From Comamonadaceae bacterium (lineage in GTDB: Bacteria > Pseudomonadota > Gammaproteobacteria > Burkholderiales > Burkholderiaceae_C), in assembly GCA_037141865.1 (NCBI GenBank), contig JBAXBQ010000003.1, positions 21,072-85,071 of the forward strand: DNA of 64,000 nucleotides, read 5' to 3'. The notes under the pieces were generated by a model. The model made no database searches and was not told the DNA's origin. It worked only from the letters and a program-made list of their open reading frames with translations. Positions 63,654 to 64,000 of this stretch are shown one piece after another (within the stretch, counting starts at the first letter, position 1; the number at the start of each line of letters is the position of its first letter). The position numbers were made by a program, and so were the translations under genes.

Positions 63654-64000
63654 TCATGTGCCCGACAACTCTTCCCAGCGCGCCAGCGCGGTCAGCATTT
63701 CTTCGTCAATAGCCGCGTCACGTTCATAAATGTTGGTGGCTCGCTGCGGATCTTTGACATACAGGTTGACGTCAGCCAACTCGGCTCTGAGGGCGGCTTG
63801 TTCCTGTTCCAGTGCCTCTATCCTGGCGGGCAAACTGTCGAGTTCGCGCTGCTCCTTGTTGCCAAGCTTTTTCGGCGTCAAGGTTTTGCCTATACCGGTA
63901 GATTTGGTGTTTTTGTGGCCTTTGGCACCCGTCTGCTGTGCGCTGACAGCTACTGAAATTGAAGCAAGCTGGATCTCCTTGCTGCGTTTCGATTGAATCA
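63654..64000 (-). CDS. ABC-F family ATPase (Uup-like), C-terminal part only; gene continues beyond the right edge
   Basis: C-terminal coiled coil KEQRELDSLPARIEALEQEQAALRAEL. I translated upstream of the track TTG and the frame stays open to base 64000. Confidence 0.7.
   Translation of the reverse strand, partial: IQSKRSKEIQLASISVAVSAQQTGAKGHKNTKSTGIGKTLTPKKLGNKEQRELDSLPARIEALEQEQAALRAELADVNLYVKDPQRATNIYERDAAIDEEMLTALARWEELSGT

Overview
This window is core chromosome from a roughly 60% GC betaproteobacterium. Gene content (DUF3567/DUF3108, a PhaM-like protein, an EIIA-Man/HPr/EI trio) looks Burkholderiales/Comamonadaceae-like, but that is inference only. It covers the replication-origin neighbourhood. 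gyrB-dnaN-dnaA run leftwards and rpmH-rnpA-yidD-yidC-mnmE run rightwards from a 266-bp spacer that carries DnaA boxes. The rest is about 60 tightly packed CDS, with many 1-8 nt overlaps and only about 9 spacers longer than 100 bp. They include:
- housekeeping genes: apt, kdsD-kdsC-lptC, psd, purU, tgt, rep, priA, hemE, dsbD
- an incomplete regulatory PTS (EIIA-Man type, HPr, EI)
- transporters: CPA2, two MFS, AEC, MarC, EamA, LysE
- an SHP/DHC-cytochrome b cluster
- several conserved families of unknown function

In the CDS and in the spacers over 100 bp that I read by eye, I found no rRNA, tRNA, CRISPR array, transposase, integrase or recognisable defence gene. I did not find a clear-cut novel system. 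The best candidates for follow-up are:
1. 51.8-59.6 kb: a B12-radical-SAM plus creatininase-family pair, convergent with a histidine-phosphatase plus double-kinase pair, next to a binding-protein-coupled histidine kinase with no response regulator.
2. The AT-rich priA/hemE spacer, which has DnaA boxes and an orphan hairpin.
3. A structured 230-nt spacer where the canonical lptC-lptA-lptB order breaks.
4. A lower-GC segment with an unassignable membrane protein at the left edge.
5. A four-gene exporter/PLP-enzyme operon at 59.7-63.6 kb.

The supplied ORF track writes alternative start codons (TTG/GTG) as M. Several track ORFs carry spurious N-terminal extensions, which I trimmed by hand.
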